Below, piece after piece: positions 21,033 to 29,885 of a stretch of DNA of 64,000 nt. The notes under the pieces were generated by a model that made no database searches, was not told the origin of the DNA, and saw only the letters and a program-made list of their open reading frames with translations. Position numbers and translations under genes: made by a program. Origin of the DNA: an uncultured Nannocystaceae bacterium (GTDB lineage Bacteria; Myxococcota_A; Bradymonadia; UBA7976; UBA1532). Within the stretch, counting starts at the first letter, position 1, and each line of letters begins with the position of its first letter. The stretch is taken from positions 27,594-91,593 of the forward strand of contig CAYOBQ010000002.1 in the NCBI GenBank assembly GCA_964402225.1, in the 5' to 3' direction.

Positions 21033-22269
21033 GTCAGAGACGAAGACGCCGCTTGACGGCATTCGCGTGCTCGACCTCTCACGCGTGCTCGCGGGCCCCT
21101 ACGCGACCATGCTGCTCGGGGATATGGGCGCGGAGGTGGTGAAGGTCGAGCGACCCGGCGGCGGCGACGATACGCGCCGCTTCGGGCCGCCCTATGTCGG
21201 CGGCGTCTCGACGTACTACCTTTCTATCAATCGTAGCAAACGCTCGATCGCCCTCGACCTGAAACACCCCGACGGCCAGGCCGTGCTCTGGCGGCTGGTG
21301 GAGTGGGCGGACGTGCTGGTCGAGAACTTCCGCCCGGGGACCCTCGACCGCCTCGGGTTCGGCTACGACGCGTGCGCCGCGCGCAACCCACGCCTCGTCT
21401 ACTGCTCGATCAGCGCCTACGGACACGAGGGGTTGCCCGATTGGTCGCGGCGCCCCGGCTACGACGTGATCCTCCAGGGGGTGGGGGGGATCCCGAGCCT
21501 CACGGGGCCCCCGGACGGGCCGCCGTTCAAGGTCGGCGCCTCGATCGCCGACGTCGTCAGCGGAATGAACGCGTTCCAAGGCATCCTCCTGGCGCTCTAC
21601 GCACGCCAACGTAGCGACCGCGGCCAGCACGTCGACTGCGCGATGCTCGACGGTCAGGTGGCGCTGTTGACGTACCTCTCGAGCGCGTGGCTCAACGCGG
21701 GCATCGAGCCGCCGAGGATGGGGAACCGTCACCTCTCGATCGCGCCCTATAGCAGCTACCGCGCGGCGGACGGTTGGATGAACCTCGGCGTGGCCAACGA
21801 GGCGCTGTGGGCGCGCTTCTGCCAGGCGGCGGGCTGCGAGCGGCTGCGGGATGACCCGCGCTTCGCGAGCAACGACGTCCGAGTCGAGAACGTAGAGGAT
21901 CTCGACACCGAGCTGGCACAGGTGTTCGAGAAACGCACGGTCTCGAGTTGGCTCGAGGTCTTCGACGCCGCCGGGGTCCCCGCCGGCCCCGTGCTCACCG
22001 TGCCCCAGGCGATGGCCCACCCGCAGCTCGAGGCCCGCGACATGATTGTCGCGATGTCGCATCCAGAGGCGGGTCCCCTGCGACTCGTGGGCCCCCCCAT
22101 CAAGCTGGGCGAGACCCCCGCGCGGCCCCATCTGCCGCCACCTGGGCTCGGCGCCCACACCGACGAGGTGCTGCTCTCGCTCGGGTACTCGACCGACGAG
22201 ATCGAGGCGCTCCGAACACGCGGCGCGGTGGCCGGCGAGATACGGGAGGGCCTGGCGCGGTCCAATTGA
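21031..22269 (+). CDS. CoA-transferase family III protein (CaiB/BaiF/formyl-CoA transferase-like)
   Basis: MSETKTPLDGIRVLDLSRVLAGPYATMLLGDMGAEVVKVERP is the hallmark N-terminus of family III CoA transferases. Conserved catalytic Asp region GIPSLTGPPDGPPFKVGASIADVVSG. Confidence 0.85.
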   Translation: MSETKTPLDGIRVLDLSRVLAGPYATMLLGDMGAEVVKVERPGGGDDTRRFGPPYVGGVSTYYLSINRSKRSIALDLKHPDGQAVLWRLVEWADVLVENFRPGTLDRLGFGYDACAARNPRLVYCSISAYGHEGLPDWSRRPGYDVILQGVGGIPSLTGPPDGPPFKVGASIADVVSGMNAFQGILLALYARQRSDRGQHVDCAMLDGQVALLTYLSSAWLNAGIEPPRMGNRHLSIAPYSSYRAADGWMNLGVANEALWARFCQAAGCERLRDDPRFASNDVRVENVEDLDTELAQVFEKRTVSSWLEVFDAAGVPAGPVLTVPQAMAHPQLEARDMIVAMSHPEAGPLRLVGPPIKLGETPARPHLPPPGLGAHTDEVLLSLGYSTDEIEALRTRGAVAGEIREGLARSN

Positions 22270-22337
22270 GGAAGGCGTGGCACGCGACGTGCTTGGAAAA
22301 GACCGTGACGAACGGACACCTCGAACTGGAGGCGGAA

Positions 22338-22913
22338 ATGGTCCTCACCGGCGTGACTTTCCTCGGGCCCGAGACCCACGACGCTCGCACCCTCGAGCGC
22401 CTCCCCCCACCGCTGCGAGAGCTGCTGACAGAGGTGAACGGCTTCGTCGCCTACCGTGGCGGCCTGCACCTGCGCGGCGCCTGCGACATGCCGTCCTGGC
22501 ACTCCATCGACGTCGTGTGGCGTGGGGTGTTCGCGCTCCACGGGCTCTTTGACTCGGTGTTGCCCGCGGACATCCCCTTCGGCCAGGACTTCCGCGGAGA
22601 CCAGCTCCTGTTGCGCCGGGGCCGGGTGTGGCGTCTGGACACCACAACCGGGGTGACCACCTGCCTCGACGTGGACCTCGACAGTTTTCTGGCGGCCGCG
22701 CGTTGTGATCCCGTCGATTTCCTGGGGCTCCAGCCGCTGCGAGGGTTCCTCGACGGGGGCGGCCTGCTCCGCCCGGGGCACGTCCTCGACCTCGAAGGGC
22801 TCCCCGACGACGGGCTGACGCCGGTCCCCGGTTGGGTCCGCGCCGTGAGCGCGAACCACGCCATCGTCGCCCGCGCCGACGCCCTCAGCGACGCGGCGTT
22901 GGCGGCGGGCTGA
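22338..22913 (+). CDS. SUKH-1 (SMI1/KNR4) family protein
   Basis: LPPPLRELLTEVNGFVAYRGGLHLRG resembles the SMI1/KNR4 LPxxYxxFLxxxNGG...l.l.g signature. Start uncertain: ATG 22338 or GTG 22296. Confidence 0.5.
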   Translation: MVLTGVTFLGPETHDARTLERLPPPLRELLTEVNGFVAYRGGLHLRGACDMPSWHSIDVVWRGVFALHGLFDSVLPADIPFGQDFRGDQLLLRRGRVWRLDTTTGVTTCLDVDLDSFLAAARCDPVDFLGLQPLRGFLDGGGLLRPGHVLDLEGLPDDGLTPVPGWVRAVSANHAIVARADALSDAALAAG

Positions 22914-24231
22914 GCCTCCCCTCGAGGGCCTCGATCTTCGCGCGGAGACGCGCGATCTCCTCCTGCTGCATCTGGATCGCGGCCATCGCCAGGCTCGCGT
23001 AGCCGTACAGGTCGACCTGGTCGCCCGAGGCGCGCAGCGCCTCCGGCGGGACCCCATCCTCGATGACCACCCCGAAGAATCGCTCGGCGTCTCCTTCGCG
23101 GTAGCGCCAGGTGGCCAGCGGCGTGCCGAGGGCGCGCCTCGCCAGGCGGTCACGCTCCTCCGTCGAGAGGTAGCGCACGTCGGTCTTCGACGCCCGGGAC
23201 GAGCGCGGGCACGGCCCCGCACGGGGGTCTTCGTCGTCGCACAGGAGCCGCACGTTGCAGCCATCACCGAGATCGCACATCGTCCCCTCCACCCCGCAGG
23301 CCGCGCCCTCCATCTGACCGTCGCAGGGCGGGATGTTCGGATCGGGCCGGTGTCCGCCGCAGACGGGATCGCCGCACGTGCGATACCACTGGAAGCGCGC
23401 CTCGACCTCGACGCAGGACCCGCCGCCGCAGTCGCGGGTGCACCCCCACAGGCCCGACTCCGGGTCGCAGCGGCAACTCGACGGGACGCACTCCCCGATC
23501 TGGCGACACTCCTGACCATCGGGGCAGCCGGTGTTGCGACACCCCTGCGGGTTGGGGCCCTCGCACGCCTCGGGCTCCGGCTCCACGCAGGACCCACCGC
23601 CGCAGTCTGCGGTGCAGATCCAGGAGCCGTTGTTCGGATCGCAGTCGCACGACGTCGGGATGCAGGCCCCCTCTTCGACCCGACACTCGCGCCCGTCGGG
23701 GCAGCCGGTCTGGGCGCACCCCTGCGGGTTCTCTCCGGGACACTCCATCGCGTCGCGCCGCTGACAGACGCCGCCCCCACAATCGGGCAAGCAGCTCCAC
23801 AGGCCGGAGTCGGGATCGCAGGCACACCCCGAGGAGAGGCAGCCGTCGTCCTCCGGGGCACAGATATGGTCCGGGGGGCAATCGGCGTCCGCCGAGCAAC
23901 CCGCCGGGTTCGGGCCGGGGCACGGCTCGCCGTCGTCGGGGACGCAGGTCCCGCCACCACAGTCCTCGGTGCAACTCCACACACCGCCATCGCAAACGCA
24001 CTCGGAGGGGAAGCAGCCCTCCTGGGCGCAGACCTCGCCATCGGGGCAGCCGGTGTTGCGGCAACCCTGCGGGTTGGGACCGCCACATTCACCTTCACCC
24101 TCGCCTTCCCCTTCCCCCTCGCCTTCACCGCCGTCGACGCTCACGCCGCCGCCGCCGTCGGCCCCCCCGCCACCACCGGTCGGCGTGCACCCGACCACCA
24201 CCAGCGCGAGCCAAAGCCACAACGTTCGCAT
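22885..24231 (-). CDS. lipoprotein with five tandem Myxococcus-type cysteine-rich repeats and a C-terminal intramolecular-chaperone (peptidase S74, endosialidase-chaperone-like) domain
   Basis: Lipobox LALVVVGCT plus a Gly linker. About 47-aa repeat GPNPQGCRNTGCPDGxxCxxxxCxPSxCxCDxxxGxWxCTxDCGGGxC repeated about five times. C-terminus ASKTDVRYLSTEERDRLARRALGTPLATWRYREGDAERFFGVVIEDGVPPEALRASGDQVDLYGYASLAMAAIQMQQEEIARLRAKIEALEGR matches the S74 chaperone-of-endosialidase pattern. Confidence 0.7.
   Translation of the reverse strand: MRTLWLWLALVVVGCTPTGGGGGADGGGGVSVDGGEGEGEGEGEGEGECGGPNPQGCRNTGCPDGEVCAQEGCFPSECVCDGGVWSCTEDCGGGTCVPDDGEPCPGPNPAGCSADADCPPDHICAPEDDGCLSSGCACDPDSGLWSCLPDCGGGVCQRRDAMECPGENPQGCAQTGCPDGRECRVEEGACIPTSCDCDPNNGSWICTADCGGGSCVEPEPEACEGPNPQGCRNTGCPDGQECRQIGECVPSSCRCDPESGLWGCTRDCGGGSCVEVEARFQWYRTCGDPVCGGHRPDPNIPPCDGQMEGAACGVEGTMCDLGDGCNVRLLCDDEDPRAGPCPRSSRASKTDVRYLSTEERDRLARRALGTPLATWRYREGDAERFFGVVIEDGVPPEALRASGDQVDLYGYASLAMAAIQMQQEEIARLRAKIEALEGRLSPPPTPRR
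23360..24070. repeat. tandem ~140-bp coding repeats (encode the Cys-rich protein repeats)
   Basis: Near-identical DNA blocks, e.g. ggcccgaacccgcaggg(t/g)tgcgc... / gggcagccggtgttgcgacacccctgcgggtt recur at ~141-bp spacing inside CDS 22885-24231. Confidence 0.55.
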
Positions 24232-24309
24232 GATCTTCCCCCCGAGTCTTCGAGCCATGATGAACCGACGCGCTCGATCGAATCCACAGATCGAGCCCGG
24301 GCGCGGTCG

Positions 24310-25080
24310 TCAGCCGCCTTCGACGCCCAGCTTCAAAAGCTGGAGATCCAGCGGGAAGAATGTGCCCTCGAGCCGGTGCTCCACGCGGCCAGTAGCGTCC
24401 AGCGTGAACCACGAGGGGGCGACATCGAGTTTCAACCGCCGAAAGACCTCGTCGTCCGTGTCGGCCCAGGTGTTGCTGCCCAGCGCCTCCGCGTAGCGCT
24501 CCACGCGCTCCGGACTGTCGTGACCCACCACGATGGCGAGCCCGATCTCCTCGTCGTCCCGCCAGCGATCCCGCAGACGCTCGACCAACGGGAGCGACGT
24601 CTTGCTCGCCTCGCTCCAAGGTGCCAGATAGACGACGACGCACACCGGCCGGGCGCGGCAGATCACGGCCTCCTCGGCGCCCACGGCGGACAGCGCCTCG
24701 GACGGGAAGGGCGTGGGCCGAAGCGACATCGCGGCGATCCCCCCGGCGACGCTCAACGCCGCCGCGATGAGGACCGCGCGGACCCACCGGGTCCCGCCCC
24801 CGGCCGCCTCGCCCATCACCACCAGACCCGGCGTCGACTGGGAGGGCAGCATCGGGCGCGGTGCGGGACGCCCCGGCGCGCCCACGCCAGGTGCGCCCGG
24901 GATCGTCCGCCGCGGCATCGAGAGCTGCGTCTCCGCGAACGCGTCCTGAGGCTCGACGGGCGCCGGGACCGTGTCCGCCTCCACCTTCCGCGGCGGCGGG
25001 GTCGCTTGCTCGGCGCCACAGAAGGCGCAGACCGCTACCTGGTCGGGGATCCGTTTGTCGCAGGAGGGGCAGGCGCGCAC
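24310..25080 (-). CDS. membrane-anchored protein: N-terminal zinc ribbon, TM helix, thioredoxin-like fold lacking CxxC
   Basis: MRACPSCDKRIPDQVAVCAFCG zinc ribbon. TM WVRAVLIAAALSVAGGIAAM. TlpA/redoxin-like CVVVYLAPWSEASKTSLPLVERL with no redox cysteines. Confidence 0.5.
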   Translation of the reverse strand: MRACPSCDKRIPDQVAVCAFCGAEQATPPPRKVEADTVPAPVEPQDAFAETQLSMPRRTIPGAPGVGAPGRPAPRPMLPSQSTPGLVVMGEAAGGGTRWVRAVLIAAALSVAGGIAAMSLRPTPFPSEALSAVGAEEAVICRARPVCVVVYLAPWSEASKTSLPLVERLRDRWRDDEEIGLAIVVGHDSPERVERYAEALGSNTWADTDDEVFRRLKLDVAPSWFTLDATGRVEHRLEGTFFPLDLQLLKLGVEGG

Positions 25081-25117
25081 CGTCGGATGCTCGCAGCGCC
25101 TCGATCGCCTGTCAAAA

Positions 25118-25864
25118 TCAGCGTCGCGTGAAGCTCGCGATCATCGCCTCGCGGGTCTCGTCGGAGAAGAGCCCATCGAGCAGGCGCTCGTCCTCATCGG
25201 GGGGCTGGGCATCGAGGCGATCCCAGGAGGGCCCCCGGATGTGCGCCTTGGAGATCCGGTACGCGGCGGCGGGCCGGCCGACGGCGCGCTCGATCCAGGC
25301 CCGCGCGTCGGCCTCCGCGTCGTCGACGAGGGCGTCGCCGAGGCCCATCTCGTACGCCTCCGCCGGGCCGACGCGCGCGACGCTGTAGACCAGCTTGCGT
25401 AGCGCCCTCGGCGTCGTCGCGCTGCGCACCATCTCGATGGCGGTCCGCGGGAAGGGGACCCCGATGTCGAGCTCCGTCAACGCGAGGGTGTAGCTGCCGC
25501 GCGACCAGGCGATGTAGTCGCCGGCGAACGCGAGGATCAAACCACCGGCGATGGCGTGCCCCGCGACCGCCACCGCCACCGGCTTCGGGCACCGGAAGGC
25601 CGCGGAGAAGGCGCGGTCGAAGCGTCCGAAGAAGTCGCTCATCCCCGGGCGGTCGAGGGCCGTCACCTCCATCAGATCGAGCCCCGCCGAAAAACACCGG
25701 CCACGGGCCCGAACGAGCACACCGCGGATCCCGTCGTCCCTCGCGACGCGGGCGAACGCGTCCCCCAGCGCCGCGTTCGTCTCGGCGCCCAGCGCGTTGA
25801 CCTTGGGACGGTCGAGGACCAGCTCGGCCAGCCCACCCTGGACATCGAGGTTCACTCCGCTCAT
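25118..25864 (-). CDS. enoyl-CoA hydratase/isomerase family protein (crotonase fold)
   Basis: LAELVLDRPKVNALGAETNAALGDAFARVARDDGIRGVLVRARGRCFSAGLDL and AVAVAGHAIAGGLILAFAGDYI are typical crotonase oxyanion-hole segments. Confidence 0.8.
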   Translation of the reverse strand: MSGVNLDVQGGLAELVLDRPKVNALGAETNAALGDAFARVARDDGIRGVLVRARGRCFSAGLDLMEVTALDRPGMSDFFGRFDRAFSAAFRCPKPVAVAVAGHAIAGGLILAFAGDYIAWSRGSYTLALTELDIGVPFPRTAIEMVRSATTPRALRKLVYSVARVGPAEAYEMGLGDALVDDAEADARAWIERAVGRPAAAYRISKAHIRGPSWDRLDAQPPDEDERLLDGLFSDETREAMIASFTRR

Positions 25865-25964
25865 GGCCCCCAGCCTACACCCACCGCGCCGCGCGGGCTC
25901 TTGTTGAATCCAAGACGCCGTCCGTCGTACCTACGTGCGCGCACCCGGGCGCCTGGAGGTCTTG

Positions 25965-26576
25965 ATGAGTCGTCTGTTCACCGCCGCCGCGCTGCTCGCG
26001 ATGGCCGCGCCAGCCCTCGCCGACGAGGCGAAGCCGGCCCACTACACCGCCGCCCAGGTCGAACAGGCCGCCAAGGCGATGGCGAAGAGGATGGGGATGC
26101 CGCTCGAGGAGCGCATCGAGCTGGTGGATCGGCTCGCGGAGAAGCTCCGCAAGCCGGCTTTCAAGGAGTGGACCCGGGGCCGCCCGATCAACGGCGTCTT
26201 CGCGTACACCATGAAGGAGGGCGGGCTGGTCGTGAAGTGGACCAAGGGGCGCGGCAAGGCGGTCTTTGCGGGGGGGCCCGAGGACATCCACGTGGTGCTC
26301 AAGGCCACCAGCATCGGCGCGCAGATCGGCGGCTCCAAGCAGTGGGGCGTAGGCCTCATCGTTGGGCTGAAGCGTCTCCGCGCCTTTGGCGGCGACTACA
26401 AAGGCAACGTCCGCCAGGCGACGGCGATCTCCGCCGGACACGCCATCACCGAGCTGCGCCGGGTCGGCCTGCGCGACGAGAAGGACCATCATCGGGTGCT
26501 CCTCTTCGCCCTCACGAAGGGCCTGTCCGCGAGCGCCGGCGGCACCAAGCTGCGCATCAGCGTGGACTGGCCATGA
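25965..26576 (+). CDS. secreted hypothetical protein (possibly SYLF/Ysc84-like lipid-binding fold)
   Basis: Signal peptide MSRLFTAAALLAMAAPALA. Gly-rich beta patterning GGLVVKWTKGRGKAVFAGG...GAQIGGSKQWGVGLIVG. Confidence 0.4.
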   Translation: MSRLFTAAALLAMAAPALADEAKPAHYTAAQVEQAAKAMAKRMGMPLEERIELVDRLAEKLRKPAFKEWTRGRPINGVFAYTMKEGGLVVKWTKGRGKAVFAGGPEDIHVVLKATSIGAQIGGSKQWGVGLIVGLKRLRAFGGDYKGNVRQATAISAGHAITELRRVGLRDEKDHHRVLLFALTKGLSASAGGTKLRISVDWP

Positions 26577-27724
26577 GGTATCTCACGCTCGCGCTCTTCG
26601 TCGCCGGATGCGCCCCCACCGGAGGAGGAGGCGGCGGCGGCGCTGGCATCCGCGGCGACGCCACCACCGCCGACGGCGGCCCTCCGGGTGATGGAGCGAT
26701 GCCCGGCGACGCCGCCCCCGACGCCGCCACCGACGCCGCGCCGCTGCCGGCGAACGTCTTCGCGACGCCCCACGCCGTCAACATCGTGGATCCCGAGGCG
26801 GCGGCCAATGTCGAGCGGTTCCTGACCCAACAGGATCTCTCCGGCCTGCACGCCGCGGCCCGCGCATTCTATGAGATCTACGGGGACGACTACGACTTCC
26901 TCTACACCTTCAGCCAGCGCGAGGTCCCCAACGCGCCGGGGGGCGTCTTCCGCCACGCGCACCCGCCGAACATCCCGGAGATCGGCCTGATGGGGGGCGA
27001 CCTCGATCCGGCCTTCGGGAGCGCGGAACGACTCCGCGGCGCGGTCGCCGTGAACTTCTTCGACGGCGGCAACGGTCCGACCATCCACGAGACCTTCCAC
27101 TACTGGGGCGTCTTCCTGGACCGGAGCTTCGGCTTCGGACGAGACCGGGACAACGAGTTCGGCGCCCACTGGGGCCTGGCCGGCGTCATGGGGCAGATGG
27201 GCGGCTTCGATCCCGAGTCCATCGAGTGCGTCGATCCCGCGGGCGCCCCGCCACCCTGCACCGAGAACGCCCAGGGCGAGCAGGAGATCACGATCGGCTC
27301 CTTCGGCCCGACCGCCAACGGCGGCGATGGCATCCCGTACGCGCCCATCGAGCTCTACCTCATGGGTGTCCTGCCCGCCGCCGAGGTGCCGAGCCCGATC
27401 CTGGTCATCGAGGACGGCCACTTCGTCGAGTACAACGAGGCCACCCAGCGGCTGCGCTTCGCCGTCGGCGGCTTCCGCCAGGTGACGATCCAGGAGATCA
27501 TCGACCTGCACGGCGAGCGACCCCCCGCCGACGAGGCGGACCGGAACCTCCGAGCGGCCTTCGTGCTCTTCTCCGACGAGCCGCTCCCCGCCGCGGCCCT
27601 CGAGCGGCTCGACCACTGGGCGCGTGTCTTCGGCAACATCGAGCCCTCGAACTTCCTGGAGTCCTTCGAGTCCGCCACCGGTGGGCGCGCCACCATGGAT
27701 GTCCGCCTCGGACCGCCGCGGTGA
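26573..27724 (+). CDS. lipoprotein with HExxH zinc-metallopeptidase-like motif
   Basis: Lipobox LALFVAGCA plus a Gly linker. TIHETFHYWG contains HETFH (HExxH). ATGA overlap with the upstream gene. Confidence 0.5.
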   Translation: MRYLTLALFVAGCAPTGGGGGGGAGIRGDATTADGGPPGDGAMPGDAAPDAATDAAPLPANVFATPHAVNIVDPEAAANVERFLTQQDLSGLHAAARAFYEIYGDDYDFLYTFSQREVPNAPGGVFRHAHPPNIPEIGLMGGDLDPAFGSAERLRGAVAVNFFDGGNGPTIHETFHYWGVFLDRSFGFGRDRDNEFGAHWGLAGVMGQMGGFDPESIECVDPAGAPPPCTENAQGEQEITIGSFGPTANGGDGIPYAPIELYLMGVLPAAEVPSPILVIEDGHFVEYNEATQRLRFAVGGFRQVTIQEIIDLHGERPPADEADRNLRAAFVLFSDEPLPAAALERLDHWARVFGNIEPSNFLESFESATGGRATMDVRLGPPR

Positions 27725-29061
27725 GGCACGCTGCGCGCGCCCGCACATCGCTCGGCCTGGCCCTGGCGCTGGTCGGCTGCGACAGCGGTGGCTCGATCGA
27801 CGCCTCAGAGGGGCGGTGCGGCGCCTTCGGACGCGACCTCGAGGTCGGCGAGTCCGCCGACGACGAGATCACCTGCACCCGCTGCACCTGCCACGCGGTG
27901 GGGGAGCTCGGGTGCCAGCCGCTGCCCGGGTGTGGCGACGGTGGCCCCTCGGCGGACGTCGGCGAGGCGCTCGCCGACGCCGCCACGCGCGACGGCGCCC
28001 CATCCCCCGATCCCCCGATGGTGCTGGTCCTGGTGGACACCTCGACGTCGATGAACGAGCGCGTCCGGGACCGCGCCCCCCCCGAGACTTGCGCCGGTGA
28101 AGGCTGCCCGCCCTGGGTCTTCCCGAACTGTGACGCGCGGGACGCCCCCGAGACCCGGCTGGGCCGCCTCAAGGCGGCGTTGCGCCGTGTCTTCGCTGGC
28201 GAGCCGACGGCGCCACGCGCGGCGCTGCTGCGGTTCCCGCAGCGCCCCCGAGCCCCCGCCGAGTGCGCCGGAGGCTACGGCGAAGGCGCCGCCCGCATGT
28301 CGGGCCACGGCGGCGAGAGGGAGACGTCCCTCGCACGGTGGTTCGGGTCCAACCTCTCGGAGATCGTCGCGGTGCCCTTTGACGCGCCCGCCGGCGGGTG
28401 GGGGCGCGCCCTCGACTTCAACGAGACGGTGGACGTCACGGGCATGGCCTGCGAGACGAGCGAAGACTGCGCGTCGGGCCTGTGCGAGGCCCGCGACTGC
28501 GTGACGGTGGTCCAACCGGAGCTGCGCGCCGACGGCCCCTCCCCCCTCGGCGTCGGCCTCTTCTACGCCGGCGAGTACCTTCGCCACACGGTGCTCGATG
28601 GCGCCACCGGCCCCGTGGTTCTCCTGTTGGTCGTCGACGGCGGCGACTCCGAGGTCACCGAACCCGGCGACTTCTTCCACCCGCGGGTTCAGGCCAAGCG
28701 ACTCCGCTACGGGCTGGGCTGTGCCCGTGACGACGCCTGCACCGGGGGCGCCACCTGCGTCGACGGCGTGTGTCGTCCGCCGGAGGGGACCATCGACGCA
28801 GGCGCCATGGTCTGCTCGGTGCTGGGGACCCCCTGCCGGAGCGGCGGCGAGTGCAACGGCGCCACGTGTCGCGCGGTGCGGATCGACGAGGACACGCCGC
28901 GCAACCTCCAGTCGACGGTGGAGCTGCGCGTCCTGGACTTGAGCGGGATCGCCGACGCCCACGGCGGAGTCCGGGCCTACACCGGCGGAAACAACCTCGC
29001 CCTCGACACGCCGAGCACCGACGACCTCGAGGCGGCGATCCGCGACCTCGTCAGCCGCTGA
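27721..29061 (+). CDS. lipoprotein with von Willebrand factor A (vWA) domain and Cys-rich modules
   Basis: GTG start overlapping the upstream TGA. Lipobox LALVGCD. MIDAS-like VLVLVDTSTSMNERV. VVLLLVVDGGDSEV. Several CxxxxC modules. Confidence 0.6.
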   Translation: MRHAARARTSLGLALALVGCDSGGSIDASEGRCGAFGRDLEVGESADDEITCTRCTCHAVGELGCQPLPGCGDGGPSADVGEALADAATRDGAPSPDPPMVLVLVDTSTSMNERVRDRAPPETCAGEGCPPWVFPNCDARDAPETRLGRLKAALRRVFAGEPTAPRAALLRFPQRPRAPAECAGGYGEGAARMSGHGGERETSLARWFGSNLSEIVAVPFDAPAGGWGRALDFNETVDVTGMACETSEDCASGLCEARDCVTVVQPELRADGPSPLGVGLFYAGEYLRHTVLDGATGPVVLLLVVDGGDSEVTEPGDFFHPRVQAKRLRYGLGCARDDACTGGATCVDGVCRPPEGTIDAGAMVCSVLGTPCRSGGECNGATCRAVRIDEDTPRNLQSTVELRVLDLSGIADAHGGVRAYTGGNNLALDTPSTDDLEAAIRDLVSR

Positions 29062-29154
29062 GGAGCGGTCCGTCGCTCATCGCTGCATGGTCGCTGGTGA
29101 TGGCGCTTTTGGGACAGCTCCGGATACGGGGAGCGCTGTTGGTCCTGGTCCGAC

Positions 29155-29859
29155 GTGGTGAGCGTGGATCGATCAGCCGCGCGCGTCTCCGTGCTCACCT
29201 CGACGCGGCCCTCGAGCGCGGTCGCCAGCGCCAGCTCGAAGTCTGGGCGGCCGACGCCGGCGGTTCCGTCGCTCCTCGGTGGACTCCTCGCCGACGATCC
29301 AGGCCTCGGCAACACCGCCGCCCGCGCCCTGGTGGAGGAGCTGGTCCCGCGCTGGTGGCTCGAACGACGCTACCATCGGCGGTCGCAGGGCATCGCCTGG
29401 CGCGAAGCGTCGGAGCTTGTGGAGCAACGCCTGCGCAGAGGCCGCCATTGGCCGCGTCTTCGGGCGCGGTTCAGGGCCGCCCGCATCGACTATCAGGCGC
29501 TCGCCGCGCGTGCCAATGCACACCCCTACGAAGGGTGGCGCCAGTTGGTGAGGCTCTGGTGCTCGGTGGGCGCGGCGGTTGGGCCTCTGCTCAAGCGAGC
29601 GAACGACACGGACTGGACATACATCCTGCTGGGGTCGTTCAGCCTGCCCACCGAAGACACGATGCTGCTGGACGTGCACCCCGCAGTGATCGAGGCGATG
29701 ACCGAGCTCGGCTACACGGCGGTCCAACTCACCTCACCCCCTGCGCCCACGTCGGTACACCCGCTCCCGACTGGAGGGGGTACGCGCATCGGACCGATGC
29801 CCTTGCCGAGGCGCGTCTTCCGGCTCCGACCGATTCCTGCCCGCGAACCCGTGGGGTGA
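29155..29859 (+). CDS. hypothetical protein (weak call)
   Basis: 234-aa ORF in the gap between convergent genes. Composition is protein-like (W/Y-containing: PRWWLERRYHRRSQGIAWREASELVEQ). No motif; exact start unclear. Confidence 0.3.
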   Translation: MVSVDRSAARVSVLTSTRPSSAVASASSKSGRPTPAVPSLLGGLLADDPGLGNTAARALVEELVPRWWLERRYHRRSQGIAWREASELVEQRLRRGRHWPRLRARFRAARIDYQALAARANAHPYEGWRQLVRLWCSVGAAVGPLLKRANDTDWTYILLGSFSLPTEDTMLLDVHPAVIEAMTELGYTAVQLTSPPAPTSVHPLPTGGGTRIGPMPLPRRVFRLRPIPAREPVG

Positions 29860-29885
29860 ACCCCGACGACCTCGAGGCGGCGTCG

